Assembly: GCA_002633005.1 (NCBI GenBank)
Contig: NMRA01000010.1
Coordinates: forward strand, 333,846-397,845
Direction of reading: 5' to 3'
Length of the DNA stretch: 64,000 bases
From: Phoronis australis
Lineage: Eukaryota > Animalia > Phoronida
Shown: positions 26,201 to 41,200 of the stretch, one piece after another
Layout: every line of letters starts with the position of its first letter
Numbering within the stretch: the stretch's first letter is position 1
Notes under the pieces: generated by a model
Database searches by the model: none
The model's input: only the letters and a program-made list of their open reading frames with translations
Told to the model about the DNA's origin: nothing
Position numbers and translations under genes: made by a program

Positions 26201-29200
26201 TTGGCATTGTTTTGGCAGCATTTTTTGTTTGTTTGTTTTTGTGAAAAATAAGAATTCAAAAGAAACTATTTGGAAAATCCAAACTATGTTTTATTAACTC
26301 TCATAAACATGTTTCTTTGCTTTGCCATCATTTATGTCCATTCATCCGTCCGTCCATGCGGCGTCCGGTGTCTGGCGTTCGCTGCTCTATCTCCAAAATG
26401 CCTTGATGTATGGTCGTGAAATTGTGCACATTGTGTTTCTTCCGTGGATGGGACGGCATAAGCGAACTTTTGGGCGGATCCAACTACTGGTGTGCTCCCT
26501 AGTGGCAATTTTTACGTTCACCTCTGTATCTTCAAAAGTCCTGAACGGATTTTCATAAAATGTGGTATATAGGCACGTATTAATGAGATGATGTTATCCT
26601 CCCGTTTTCGGATGGATTCGACGTAGTTTGCGCCACCTAGTGACCATTTTTATGCACCCACATATTTATATGATGATGGCGACTGACTACTGCGGCGCCT
26701 TCTTGTTTTGTTTTGTTTTGCGCCCACAACTGTATCTTCAAAACCCACTGCAGGATCTTTTTTAGTAAAGTGAATTTATAATTATGAATATAACAGACCG
26801 TGACTTTCAGGCGGATCGAACAGACGCTCTGCCCACAAGTGGCAGTTTCATTTTGTTGTGTTTTCCTTTGTTTCTCTGGGGTTCCTTGACAGGTTTTTGT
26901 GAAATATGGCAGGGATATACTCCGGTTTCAAAACCCTGCTCGCCAGCTGGGCGAGTGAACCAGAAAATCTACTCGCCCAGCCTAAAGTTAAGTCGCCCAG
27001 CCTAAAGTTAAGTCGCCCAGCCATTTGCATCTGTCCCCAAAAACTTGCTACCAGTGTAAATAAAAATCCTCATTTCATGCGTTGATGTTACCATCAATTA
27101 GGGCTATCGTATTCGCCCTAATAAGCGCCCAGGAGGCTTAGAAAAAATCCTTTTGGAAGGGGGGTCGCTTGTTGTAGCCTAAGGCGGTTGAAACCCGATC
27201 TCTGAAACGGAAGAAATCGGAAGCTAGGATGCATCAAGTTTACACGTTGTGACATATCTGTAACCAATGACAGACTTTCTACAAAACTTTGGTGCATTGC
27301 TATCAAACTTTGTTGTTAAATTACTATTTTTTTTTAAACTGAAAATATACTGAATTCCCAGGGTGAAAACTTGCCGACTGATGCGTCGCTGCCTGCATGG
27401 CGATCGTCAGTAGGGCAACTTGAATTCTTGAGTAAAAATACAGTTTCGACTAAACAAATTAACTGAAAACCTCCTTATGTTTTACAAATAGCGTGTTCAA
27501 GGTTGCTAACTTCATGTGGAGTCAGGACTAACCGAATATTAATTAAGTCCTGCAAACCTGCGCTAGACCCCACAACACGAGAAAAATCTGGACGAACACA
27601 AGTGTTGTCATGTGACATTTGTTTTGACGTTAGTCTGCAGGTGTGGGCCGAGTGAGCAAGCCCGTGCGTGTCATCAGAGTTCATTTGCCAGAGTAGCAGA
27701 CCTACATTATGTAGGCCCTAGCTCGCGCTTCTTGGCCAAGTGCGCAAAATTAATGCTTTGGTCAAGTTTCGATTCGTGGTTTTTACGTGTACAAAGTATC
27801 TAGATTCCTGCATGTTGAGAAGATCTGTACGGGAAAGATGCAATACAATCCCGTTGACCAGTACGCTGCATCTGTTCTGAAAGAATTGATCATAGTGGGA
27901 CACGTTCCTCACATCTTGATTAGCAAAACTTTTGCATTCTTTTTTAAGCACTGTGGAAGTTTGAAGTGTACAGCCACGGCTAAATACCAACATGGCGGCG
28001 AGGCTCGTGGTCTAGAAATTCCGCGCACAATGATTTTTCGATACTGTCAGATATTACACATAAATTAAAGACATTATGTAGAATTTTAGAACTGTAGGTA
28101 AGGCATTTTTCGCATATGTACACATTCACTGGGCGCTTATTTTAGTGAAGTCTGAAAATGAGTGGGGGCGCTTGTAGGGGTATGGGCACTTATTATGGCG
28201 AATGTTGTTATTTATAAAATAATTTTGGCTAAAATAACATTGTACATTACAGTAAGAAATCAGTTCCAAGAATGATGGTATTTCACTCGCTGCGAGCACA
28301 TGGACCAGTCTTCTGCCTTTCCCCCTTTTCTTCGTTTTTTACTAGTCCACAAAAACCTTTGTGCACNCTGAACGGATTTTCATAAAATGTGGTATATAGG
28401 CACGTATTAATGAGATGATGTTATCCTCCCGTTTTCGGATGGATTCGACGTAGTTTGCGCCACCTAGTGACCATTTTTATGCACCCACATATTTATATGA
28501 TGATGGCGACTGACTACTGCGGCGCCTTCTTGTTTTGTTTTGTTTTGCGCCCACAACTGTATCTTCAAAACCCACTGCAGGATCTTTTTTAGTAAAGTGA
28601 ATTTATAATTATGAATATAACAGACCGTGACTTTCAGGCGGATCGAACAGACGCTCTGCCCACAAGTGGCAGTTTCATTTTGTTGTGTTTTCCTTTGTTT
28701 CTCTGGGGTTCCTTGACAGGTTTTTGTGAAATATGGCAGGGATATACTCCGGTTTCAAAACCCTGCTCGCCAGCTGGGCGAGTGAACCAGAAAATCTACT
28801 CGCCCAGCCTAAAGTTAAGTCGCCCAGCCTAAAGTTAAGTCGCCCAGCCATTTGCATCTGTCCCCAAAAACTTGCTACCAGTGTAAATAAAAATCCTCGT
28901 TTCGTGCGTTGATGTTACCATCAATTAGGGCTATCGTATTCGCCCTAATAAGCGCCCAGGAGGCTTAGAAAAAATCCTTTTGGAAGGGGGGTCGCTTGTT
29001 GTAGCCTAAGGCGGTTGAAACCCAATCTCTCAAACGGAAGCTAGGATGCATCAAGTTTACACGTTGTGACATATCTGTAACCAATGACAGACTTTCTACA
29101 AAACTTTGGTGCATTGCTATCAAACTTTGTTGTTAAATTACTATTTTTTTAAACTGAAAATATGCTGAATTCCCAGGGTGAAAACTTGCCGACTGATGCG

Positions 29201-32200
29201 TCGCTGCCTGCATGGCGATCGTCAGTAGGGCAACTTGAATTCTTGAGTAAAAATACAGTTTCGACTAAACAAATTAACTGAAAACCTCCTGATGTTTTAC
29301 AAATAGCGTGTTTAAGGTTTTTAAGTTCAGGTGGAGTCAGGACTAACCGAATATTAAGTAAGTCCTGCAAACCTGCGCTAGACCCTACAACACGAGAAAA
29401 ATCTGGACGAACACAAGTGTTGTCATGTGACGTTTGTTTTGACGTGGTGTGGGCCGAGTGAGCAAGCCCGTGCGTGTTCATTTGCCAGAGTAGCAGACCT
29501 ACATTATGTAGGCCCTAGCTCGCGCTTCTTGGCCACATGCGCAAAATTAATGCTTTGGTCAAGTTTCGATTCGTGGTTCGTGTACAAAGTATCTAGATTC
29601 CTGCATGTTGAGAAGATCTGTACGGGAAAGATGCAATACAATCCCGTTGACCAGTACGCTGCGTCTGTTCTGAAAGACCTGATCTTAGTGGGACACATTC
29701 CTCGCATCTTGATTAGCAAAATTTTTGCATTCTTTTTTAAGCACTGCGGAAGTTTGAAGTGTACAGCCACGGCTAAATACCAACATAGCGGCGAGGCTCG
29801 TGGTCTAGAAATTCCGCGCACAATGATTTTTCAATACTGTCAGATATTACACATAAATTAAAGACATTATGTAGAATTTTAGAACTGTAGGTAAGGCATT
29901 TTTCGCATATGTACTCATTCACTGGGCGCTTATTTTAGTGAAGTCTGAAAATGAGTGGGGGCGCTTATAGGGGTATGGGCGCTTATTATGTCGAATGTTA
30001 TTATTTATAAAATAATTTTGGCTAAAATAACATTGTACATTACAATAAGAAATCAGTTCCAAGAATGATGGTATTTCACTCGCTGCGAGCACATGGACCA
30101 GTCTTCTGCCTTTCCCCCTTTTCTTCGTTTTTTACTAGTCCACAAAAACCTTTGTGCACTACCACACACTGATCTTTTGTCTAGAAGAATCCCGTAACGG
30201 GTGACATCTACTGAATTGGTAAGATTGCACTGCGTCGATGTTTTTTACTGCCGGAGAATCGACACGCTGGCCAAACTGAACCTTAAATTCATGATAAAAG
30301 CACAAGGAGGAGAAAATTTATTTATGTTCATCTGGGAAACGATATTATAATAGTGCTTTTGTACTCTGAAAATTCGCTCGCCACTTGGGCGATCGGGCAA
30401 GTCACTCGCCCAGCACCATTTTTACTCGTATTGGCAACTGGGCGATTGGCAAAAAGTATATCCCTGATATGGCATGTTTCCGTTTTTAGATGGATTGTAC
30501 GTTTTTGCGTCATCTAGGGGCCATTATATTGATACATATAGATTATTATATGGCGAAGTCGTTATCCCCCATTATCTAGAGCCCGAGTGGATTTTGGAGA
30601 ATTATCGCCCAAGGGGCATTAGCCCCAAGGGTGATAATTCTCCAAAATCTACTCGGGCTCTAGATAACGGGATAACGACTGAGAACATGGTAATAATCTA
30701 TTTATACCACATACTGAATGAGAAACATTGCAATGAATCGATCTACCTTTCTCGACTTGCCTCGGCTTTGTTACTACTGTCAGAGCCCCGGGGTTGGAGA
30801 CCTTTTAAGAAAAGCTATTTTTGTCAAATAATGATTTTACTCAAAACCAATTGAAAAATAAAACAAAATAGAAATAAAGTGAATTTATAAATTAAGGTTT
30901 AGCAACTATTGTAGCTTATTACACATTTTATCACGCTAAGCTTTGACCGGGAAAATATCGTCTGCTAAAGTAGGTTATCACTAGTAACTGAGTATAATGC
31001 TCAAGTCAAAGGATCCCGACCACACTACACCTGCATTCAAATTGGAGATCGGTGATTTACAAGTGAGGGAACACGAGAGAAAAATTTCACTGAATTAAAA
31101 TATAGTTTTTATGGAAATTATGCGTCTTATTTTTCATAGCGTATAAATGTCGGTGCAATGCCCTTTGTTGAACATGCAATTGTTGCGCGTGCTCATTTAA
31201 GTATTCTATTTTTCACGTTCGATGACGTCAGCCGCTGAGTGATGTAGTGGTAAAGTCAGCCACTTGAAACTCTTGAGGCCCGGGTTCAAATCCAGCCTGG
31301 GTTTCCTGCCAAAATATTGTTTCACTAGTGAGATAAATTTATGGGTTATTACACGGTTTTATACCACAATATTAGCCTTGAATCATGGCAGATGCAACCG
31401 CCCCTCGAGCGATAATTCTCCAAAATCCACTCGGACTCTAAATAACGAGGGATAACGACTTCGCCATGTAATAATATATATGTATCTGCCTTTCAAGGCT
31501 AATATATATATGAATAACCCTAAAAATACACCATTTGCGATGCATTCATCGGCACATTCCAGTGCTCTGCGTTGCTCTTGTTTCGAGTTTTGAAGTTTTA
31601 AGAAGTACACCCAAAAACTGTCACCTCTCCATAGGCGGATTTAGGGGGGGCCCGGATCCCCCCCCCTTGACTGCCATAAGCAAAAATGGAACAGCAACTG
31701 CGTGAAGCGCGAGGAAATATTGAGTAAGCAACTAGGACGCAGAGAAGGGGGTGCCCCCAGATCTCGGCTTTCCCGTTTTTTTTTTTTTTTTAGTCCACCG
31801 GTAGGTTTTCCGAATAGATGGTTAATTCACACACCCGGCTCCCGCAACTTTGGGTCTGAGCTACACATACAATTGCACTTTGCCCAATTCCCCGAGACAA
31901 CATGTTGGGCCCCCCTTATGGTATCCTAGGTCCGCCACTGCTCTCTACCTGCTTTGAGTTAATTGCTGGTATGAAAACTAACCTGATGATAAAAGTGTTG
32001 ACAGCTTTCATTGAGCTAACATTATGTTATTTTGTTCATGCTCTTCAGAGGTCCAACATACTGCAGGACGCCCAAGCAATGACAGGTTCCTGATGGAGAT
32101 GCAATCCATCATGGTTAAGATTGAATTCTATATCAAGAAAGAAGGTAAGTGGTACATGGTTATGCTGAATTTGTAGTCTTTAAAAGAATATTGCAGGTGG

Positions 32201-35200
32201 TCTGATTGATACACGTTGTACCAGACGTGGGCAGGCCGCGCATGTGGGCCCATTGCACTGATCACCTGGAACTATTTTTGTGCTTTATTAATTTGTTAAA
32301 ACCGAGCTGAGGAGCTCATAGCTAGAAACGTGACTTAAGGGTCTAGCAGTGTGGCCCAGTGGGACTCAAAGCCATGACCTCGAGTAAAGAAGGCGGACAC
32401 CATCAAACTAGGCCACGCTGCCTCCTCAAAAATCTTTAGATCAACGGTGCTTTTAACACGACTTTCCAATCATTTCTGACTTGCTTGAATTCTCTTGATC
32501 GTGGTCCTCTGAAGAATCACCTTTGACCTCATGCATTATAATCATAAAATACAGGCATTACATTATTGAGGGTTACGTTTCAGGCCACGAAATGGTGAAG
32601 CTTGTCCCTAAGATAAGTGGTCTGCTCAACTCACCGACTGAAAAAGGAAACGAACGCTACACGCAATGGGCAACGGAGCTGAGAAATACTGCGTTCTTAT
32701 TAACCGAGCATAAAATGCGTCGACGGGTTCTCGCCTGCATTGGAGATTTACAAGTAAGTTGCTATTTTAAACCACCTATAGGCAACATGAATACAGAGAT
32801 CAACCACATCACTTGGACCACGAGCCATGTAACTATTCACCAGCTATGGTTTAAGGGAGACAATTCCAGCTTCACCAGCCAAGATATACTGTTTTATGAT
32901 TAATAGGGCAAGTTGATCAGAGAATAGCGGGTAAAGGCCATCTCATATGGAAAGCTATAAACTGTGTGCCACAAGTCAAGTCACTACATTGTCACCTGCA
33001 TACTGCCAGTTAAAATGCTGACTGACCTGGAAACTACATGGTGTAGTAAACAGTATAGATTTTGTACATGTGTCTACAATGAGCCATGGAGAGAGATTTG
33101 TTGTGGTCAGATGATGCAAGCAATTGCCATTGGCTGTTAATTTTGGTCGGCTAAGCGTTTGGCTCACTTGATGGGAGGATTTATGATCATCATTTGCCTC
33201 GTCGCCTAGCGACAAAATCGTTAAGGTTCATTTTGCTGCTAAAGTGAGCTATTTGAGGGTCATAGCTCTCTGTCATTGCATAGCCTTGGTGCTCTACCTG
33301 GAGTCAACTGATATCAAGTACTGTACTCACTCAGAAGTTCCTGCATAAATCTATAGTTGGCAAATATCTCTCGGCCCAGGCAGACCTTGATTATCATTGA
33401 CCAATAGCGAAGTGATGTTCAGTCAATTTGGATGCTAAGAACAGTCAAGAAATTTTGTGAATAAGTCGTAATAAAACGATTTACTTTGTGTGGAGAGGCA
33501 GTTACTACTGACAACTTGTGGCACAAAACATACAGCTGTTAATGATTGATTGTTTCTGACTTGGTTGCTATTTAACATGCTTTGGTTACAGTCTTTAATT
33601 AATCAAATTATAATGTTGGAAATCTGATATGTTATATTTTGTACCATCTTCGAGTTTGAGGTAACCAAATTAAACCTTGAGATACTGGTTGAATCGTCTG
33701 ACCAACAGTTCATAATATACAGTAAAGCGCACAGTCAATATCAATATACACACCCATAAGTACATGCATGCATTGTACAATTTGATGCATGCATATTTAA
33801 TTGTTCAACATGTCGCTCGTGAAAACGAAAAAACAGTCTGATAATCTAACTGCTGTGAACGTATGACTAGGTTTATCGACAGACCGATCACAGACAGCAC
33901 CCACCTTCCTTCACAAAACTACAACCGACATTCACAGGGTTTGTCTGTTGTCCTTCTCAACCATGTTTTTGTTTCAGTGCTACAATGAAGCTCTTGTCGT
34001 AGCGCATGACTGCAGAGCTTTGGATGCTATGGAGTATGTGGAACAAAAATTAGCTTCCATCCGCAACCCAAATCATTTTGATGAAACTGACCAGTGGCTG
34101 GATACTATTTACAAGGGTAGGTATGCAGAGATAACTCGTTATTTGTTGATGTTAATTGTTATACATTTCCTAATTGTATAGTAAGTGAAAACCAAATAAT
34201 TATAAAACTGCAACAATGTTTATAATCAAACAAAATTTGTTCTATTTTTACATTGTTGTTTTGCTATTAAACTAATTTATGTATCTTTTTCTTGCTAAGC
34301 GGTATTAAAATTTAAGAAAGACTTGATTGGGCAGATTGTTGTAAGTCAAAAATCAAATTCTACAGGCTTTCTAATTTCAGAAAATACTTATACCAACTGA
34401 ATTTAAAATCTTTAGTTTTGTCCATATTGGGTTTTATACCTTCANNNNNNNNNNNNNNNNNNNNNNNNNNNNNNNNNNNNNNNNNNNNAAACGAAAAATA
34501 CGAGACAATTAGGGAAACTCAAAACATTACCCAATGGTATTTAAGTACAGGAAAAGATCGAGCGCATCGTTCACGACACAACCGTCGTTAAGGTTCTTGA
34601 CCGACACTGCTACACCTGGGAAGAAATGTCAATGACTTGTCAATCAATAACCACCATGATAATTACCTGCACCAACCATGAATAACACAGGCTACACATA
34701 CCAAATTACACAGCTGGACAGACTGCAGGCTACCTTTTCAATGTTAAAACTCTATACCACAGTTATCACAAAACAATATTTTGAAAATTTATGGGCATTT
34801 TTGCAACTGCTTCAAATCCCTTCGAAAAATTTAAAAAGGGCCAATTTGACAGCAGTACTATTTTTGTCCGAAATTGGAGTGATTTTGAGGCAGCAAGTTC
34901 CTACAGATTAAGTAGATCATGAATGCCATGGCAACAATTTCAAGGCTTGGAATGACAAATGACAAAAAGAGAAAATTTTTCTAGGTGGTGTACATGTAGA
35001 GGCTTGTGCCATAGAAATATTTTTTGTGTTGTGAAATTTAACTGAAAAAACGATTTTACGTGAATGAAGTCAAAATAAGGATAAAAAAGAGAAGAAGAAA
35101 GAGGAAATCAGAAATCAAATAAGAGGAAATCAAAACCAAAAAAGATTTCAACCCTCTTAAAAGAGGAAATTTCCAAGCCCTGAATTTGCAGGGCGCCACA

Positions 35201-38200
35201 TTTCTTTTTCTTTATTAGTTGCACAATGTCAGATTGTGACATAAAATTTGCCAAAAAGCATTCGCTGGAAGTACAGTATAGATTCTCTAGTTTGGTAGTC
35301 TCTGAAACTTGTGACACTGAAATTCCAGCCAAAATGGATTCTGAAGAATGGGACAACTATTATACATGATTGTAAAGTCTGAACCATAAAATTGTCAAAA
35401 ACAGCTGCCAACAAAACTAACATCTTTTTTGTAAGTTAGGCATGGCTAATATTAGTATTTCTAAAGTTGATACAGATCCAATCTTGAATAAAATAATTAA
35501 TTTTTCACTGTGTTCTAACTTGGAGACTTGTTACCATAATTGGTGTCAGACATTTTACCCCCTGCAAAGTATGAGTAACAAAAACTATGTTGAACTGAAT
35601 GAAAAACTTAAGATTGCTAGAAATAAAATATTCCAAACATTCCAATGAATTCAAAAAGGCAACAGTGCAGTGTAAGTTAAGTTTTGGCCAGATGAATATA
35701 GACTTGCTATTCACTTACCAAACAAACCTATATGGTAACTATAGCAACAAAAGCCTTGTATACAAAAATCTAAAAGCACCACACTTAACAAGGAGTTAAA
35801 GTCACAATTCATCAACAGACAACGTGCGCATAGAGCGGGGAATTGAAATGTTTACGGAACAACACTCGGTTTCTTGCACAAAATTTCACCAAGGACCTGG
35901 GACTTACCTAGCAACTGCCATGATAGCCATCACTGGGATAGCCAGTTTTAAAGAACGACAGCTCAGACATGGCCAAGAGAGAAAAAATGCTCGTTTTAAG
36001 ATAACCTCAGCGAAAATGATGGCTACATGAAGAATGTAACATTTCTGACTGTGTAAATTATATTGAAATTGGGTAGAAATAATTGGTTCAGTTCCATAAA
36101 TATTCAAACATAAATCCAGATTACAGACTATTACCCACAATGTTTACCATCACTATCAAACTGATGATCGGAAACGCTGGCAGCCATAATTTCCCCTGTC
36201 CTGTGACCTCAGGGTGACCGCATACGAAATCCCCCCATATGGCGAGACAGTATCAATCTCATGAATTTACATGGCAATTGCCCACTTTTCACATCCTAGA
36301 ACAGTCCCTGTCATGGATACCTCAAGGACAAGGAAATACTTAGCATGACAGCAGTACCTCGTTTGAATTCAATCTCCAGTTTGTCTGGTTGATCAGGTGA
36401 CTTTCTGGGGTCAGTGGTCATTAAGTAAAGGTCAGGTGCCTCAGTCTTGGGATCTTCAAGGATTCCAGCTTCATAACTAATGGAGAAAATGTCAAAGGGC
36501 AAAGGTAAACCTACTCTGTAATGCCATAAACAACAAACAATAACAACAATAAAAATAACTAATCTTAAATTTATCACGCCTTATGAATTGAAGCACTTCC
36601 CATTTAAAAAGGGACTTTCCCATTTTGTCCCAAACTGAAATGTAATATTACATTTCAGATAAATATCAACATTTTGTCATTAAATTTGGTTTATAATCGA
36701 TCATGACCCCCTCCTTAATGCATTTCATGTCCTACTTTTAAAAAACCTCATTTAGTCTTCTGTTAATTAGCCATTGAAATTTGCTGTCGTAATATTACAC
36801 ACAAGGAATGTGTAATATTACACACGACTGCTTGATATTACGCACGGGTCCGTAATATTACACACTGATGTGTAATCTTACGCATTTTTGCGTAATCTTA
36901 CACATCTGATGTGTAATATCAAGCAAGAATGAAATTTGCCGTATAGTGACTTGGGATATCTGAAATGCCGCATTTATTCGAATTTTGTTGCTTGTAGATT
37001 TCTTGGTTGTTTTTGATCCTTTTGTTTCGATGGTTTTGTCTTGTTTTAACACATACTAACTGCCCAGGATATACAGCTGAGACACCACGGTTAACACCAT
37101 TTTTGTTTAGGTATACGATATCGCGGCGGCAGCCCAACGGCGACATAGTAAAACTCTGGCGAAGCGCAATTTGCAGTTGCGATGACTTGAGATTTTCGAC
37201 GTGCGGCATTTGTTCGAATTTTGTTGAAACACTAACGCTCTGCAGTAAGTTCCATGTAGTTCATAAAACGACTTATGGGGTATTTTTGATCAGCTACGTT
37301 TTGTTAGTTTTATCTTGCTTATATTCATGCAAACAGGGCAGGATATACTCTTCAGACACCACGGGTAACAACAACTTTGCAGCGGCAGCCCAACGGCGGC
37401 ATGGCAAAACTCTGGCGAATCTCAACTGATCGAACCATCTGTGTCCTAAAAAAATACGCTTGTGAGAGCTAGCTTCAGTAAACAAGCTACTGTATCACTC
37501 TTTTTATCATTCCCTGGTGCTCCGATGCGTAATCTTACGCGCAACGCGTAATCTTATGCATTTTGCGTAATCTTACGCACTGACGTGTAAGATCATGAAA
37601 GAATGAAATTGCCTGTTGTCGTGACTTGGGATTTCTTAAGCTCCGCATTTATTCAAATTTTGTTGAAATACTAACGGTTGACAGGTATGAGACGACATCG
37701 CATGTTTTTATCATTTTCGTTTAGATGTGACTTCAACTTAGCAGGACATGCACTTGAGACACCTCGGGTGAACACTTATGTTTAAATACATTTTATAGTA
37801 ACGGCATTGGACAAATCCTGCCGCAGTGAAAGAAATTTTACAAGGGCAAATGATCGAACTGCCTGTATCCAAAAAATTAAGCCGCGCTTGTGAAGGCTAG
37901 CTTCAGGAAACAAGCCACTGTTTCCTTTTTCAATACCTTAGTCAGTATGCTCGCTTTTGTGATTTGACGCTCAAGTGCATAATCTTACACGTGTGTCCTG
38001 ATCGAAGTCACCTTCGACTGTTGAGTCCTTGGTCATACGACTACCCAGGTGAGCCTTCATTGCTGGGTGACTGAGCTTCAACAGCGCACCGCTCACACGC
38101 GTGTATTTTTGGAGCTCATTTTAGCGAGATATCACGACACGCCTGTGGTCGTAACCTTACGCACATGATATTACGCTAAAATATCTTGACCGTAGATCAA

Positions 38201-41200
38201 TATTTTGGGTAGGTACCTGCTTCATGGGAAGCGGATTGTTCTGTTCGCTCTCGAGTTCTCCAAGGGATGCTCGCCTTGGTCTCTAAGTCGAGATAGACTA
38301 TTCTTCCAACTAGTTAATATACCAGTCATCATTGGAACCATCTGTGATTGTATGGTCGGTAGAGACTTCACACAAGAGGTTTTATTTCTCATTTTTGTCA
38401 CCTATATGTTGCGATTTTCCTCATTTAATTCACGTGAATTGTTTACTTACGTAAACTAAAGGTGGAATGAGACGTATATGAGATGAATGTGAGAGGGACA
38501 CTGCGGTGTACTTGTTTTTATCTAGTTGCGCTGTTTTAATAGATTGCGACAGAAATAAACAATAAGCAATGGATCTGTCCTAATAATAGGAGGGGGAGCG
38601 TGGATAATCTTGCACGGGTTGTTGTCTCGAAAAAGTCGGAGTAGTACAAGTCCACTCAATCGATCACATACCTTCTGAATGCGTCATATCACGCGTCCGT
38701 TTGCAGCTTTTTCGGAGGTGCTGTGTTGTGTTGGCATTGTCGCGAAAGAGTCTTCCGCTCGTTTTCTTTAACGTTTCTGTCCTGCTCTGATGCGCAGAGG
38801 AGCCTACTACTACGATTTTGCCGTAGTTTCTACCCTTTTGTTGCTTTCACTACGCCACTACGGTCAGGGTCAAGATTCTACGTTTTCGCGCTCAGGAGTA
38901 AATAAACTAAGACATGAACTTATGTTGTTTTTTATCGTTCTGTGATACATACGCCATAAGCAAGGCAAAACTGTGAGTTACAAATGTCAAAACACGCTGC
39001 TAATTTTTTTTCTTAATTATAAGTTCGTCGGATTCATTGTCTACTTGTGATTCAAGTTCCACTACGACGGTGATCGGCTTCGTCGGAAGGCGGCACCCAG
39101 ACGGAGACTGTTGGTAACTAATTCGTCCCTTGGCATCTAGCTCAGTGTTTTAAGATATTTTCCGTTTGTAGTGACACGTCGCTCGGCAACATTCCTTTAC
39201 TTTTACAGTTAAGAAATACTTAATAGAAAACGCCTTGTTCGGAAGTACGAACGCAAAATCGAACCTTGACGGCTTTTGCGAAGTGCCCAGTCTTTGATTG
39301 ACAGGTTGTGAGGTCACATGGCAGATTAAAGAAAAATAGGTCACATGACTTATTCGAACAATAACGCTTAATTGAAAATTATATCACGCTAAACTCCACC
39401 AACAACGTTCTTAATAGTGATCTTTCTTGACATGAAGAACCCAAAAGGTTACATGAGCGGCGATTATTATCTTACGGAGCAGCCACCGTGACTTCGTCCG
39501 AGAAATCACATTCTTATTACGAACAGCTGATTGCGAGTGAGTCCAGGATTGCAGGTGACAAAAATGAAGCGTTTTTACTGGTTGATATTTATGTGTCTGG
39601 GAGCGCGTGCGCCTGTCACGTATTTTCATTATCGTCTGATCTTGTCTTAGCGATCGAACTCATCCGGCGTCCGAGTCGAACAGTGAACAGACGGCAAAAA
39701 ACTAGAAAACTTGGGCCAGCCAACATACATTAATGTCCCCGGGCAGACAAGGCATCCGTGCATCAAACGTCCGACAGGGAGTGACAAACACGTTCGGTGC
39801 ACGCTGTGTGGGACCAACTTTCGCAATAATCATGGTGACCGATTAGAACAAAGCGTCGACACAAACAGAGGAAACATTAGAACTTGCTAAAATGGATGAA
39901 TAGTGGGTTTCCATTTTAGTTCGCGCTGAACTATTCTTGACCCCACAAAATTACTACTTTTTGTCCGGAAAACTACCACTTTCACTTCTTAGATGTTGGC
40001 ACCTCTGGCCATGCTTGACATGACGTTGACTCACAAAATGAAAGCTCATTCACACTCCCCTAGAATACACTGCATTACCGACACACGGAAGAATAGGCCT
40101 AGTATTACCTACTGATATCTGTCCCATTACGAATACATGATGCAAGGTCGCTTGATATTATGCACTGGCGCTTCGACAAGCCTCGCACGGGTGATTGTCC
40201 TCTTTCTTGAATTATACTGGCGGAAAGTTGTGAGTGACGACGTGCACCCCGTGCGAAGCTTATCCACACCCCCTGCAACATCAAATGAGCGTAATATCAG
40301 GCACCAGAGTGCTACTGACGTATCAAAATGGCGTTTCACAGTACATCATGTGCTCTCGAATAATGGGCACATTTTTCGCTTCTCTAGCTTTTGTACGTAT
40401 AAGTTGTTAGTAAGAGCGCAGCTTCCAAATGTACTTTTTAATGCTCGCCCAGTTGTGCCACGATCTTATCGATGGTTAGATCAGTCATCAGGTAATCGGT
40501 GGAGTCATCGGCACCAACGAATAAATCAGTAAGTTGTGCAACATGGGACATAGTTAAGATTGGCCTAACGACGCTTGTCGCTTCTTCCAACATGAAATTG
40601 CATAATGTTATTTCACCATTGCATTTTGAAGCTTTACTTCAAAAGTTCTTCCGGCAACTATTGTAATAAGTGCATTATCATGACGTCAGGGTAGCATAGG
40701 CAAGCTACTGGATTGTAGTGCTACGGTAGCCATTCTCGGCTATGTTGTCGTTATCCTATTGTTTTAAAAGTCTTAACTGTATCGTGATGTACTGAATTGT
40801 CTAACACATTTTCTATATCCTCTGTCAGGTGCAGTGCTTCTGAAACGAAGAGTTTACGCCGTTGATGGATTCTCTTACTGCATGCTCAAATTCTGTTTTG
40901 TTAGCTACAATAGTTAAGTAGTATTGATGAATAAGATGATTTTTGTTCACTAATCAAAATCGACCCTATTAAGTCCCGTCCACACACAGCCTACCCAACA
41001 ACGATTTGCCCTAGTGCTACACATATCCCCGATAGCAAGAGTAAGGAAGTTGTCGCTTAATTTGTGCCTGGCATGAATAGCTAATGCGAATACGGCGCAA
41101 ATAAAAAACGGATAGGAGTTCAGTAACGCGAGGACATCGCTAAAGGCAAGACATTGCAAGATTACGTTGGATATTTTCATATATTTTAAATGAAAACTTG

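Noticed and set aside
26541-30159. 1827-bp tandem duplication with duplicated ORFs (26784/28611 and others)
   Set aside because: Joined at the single N at 28367, so an allelic overlap artefact. The ORFs lie in MITE sequence and show no recognisable domain.
31232-31302. tRNA gene (also considered at ~61212-61290 and ~5258-5320)
   Set aside because: A/B boxes are present but no consistent cloverleaf could be drawn. The 31232 and 61212 segments sit inside repeats and are SINE- or TE-derived.
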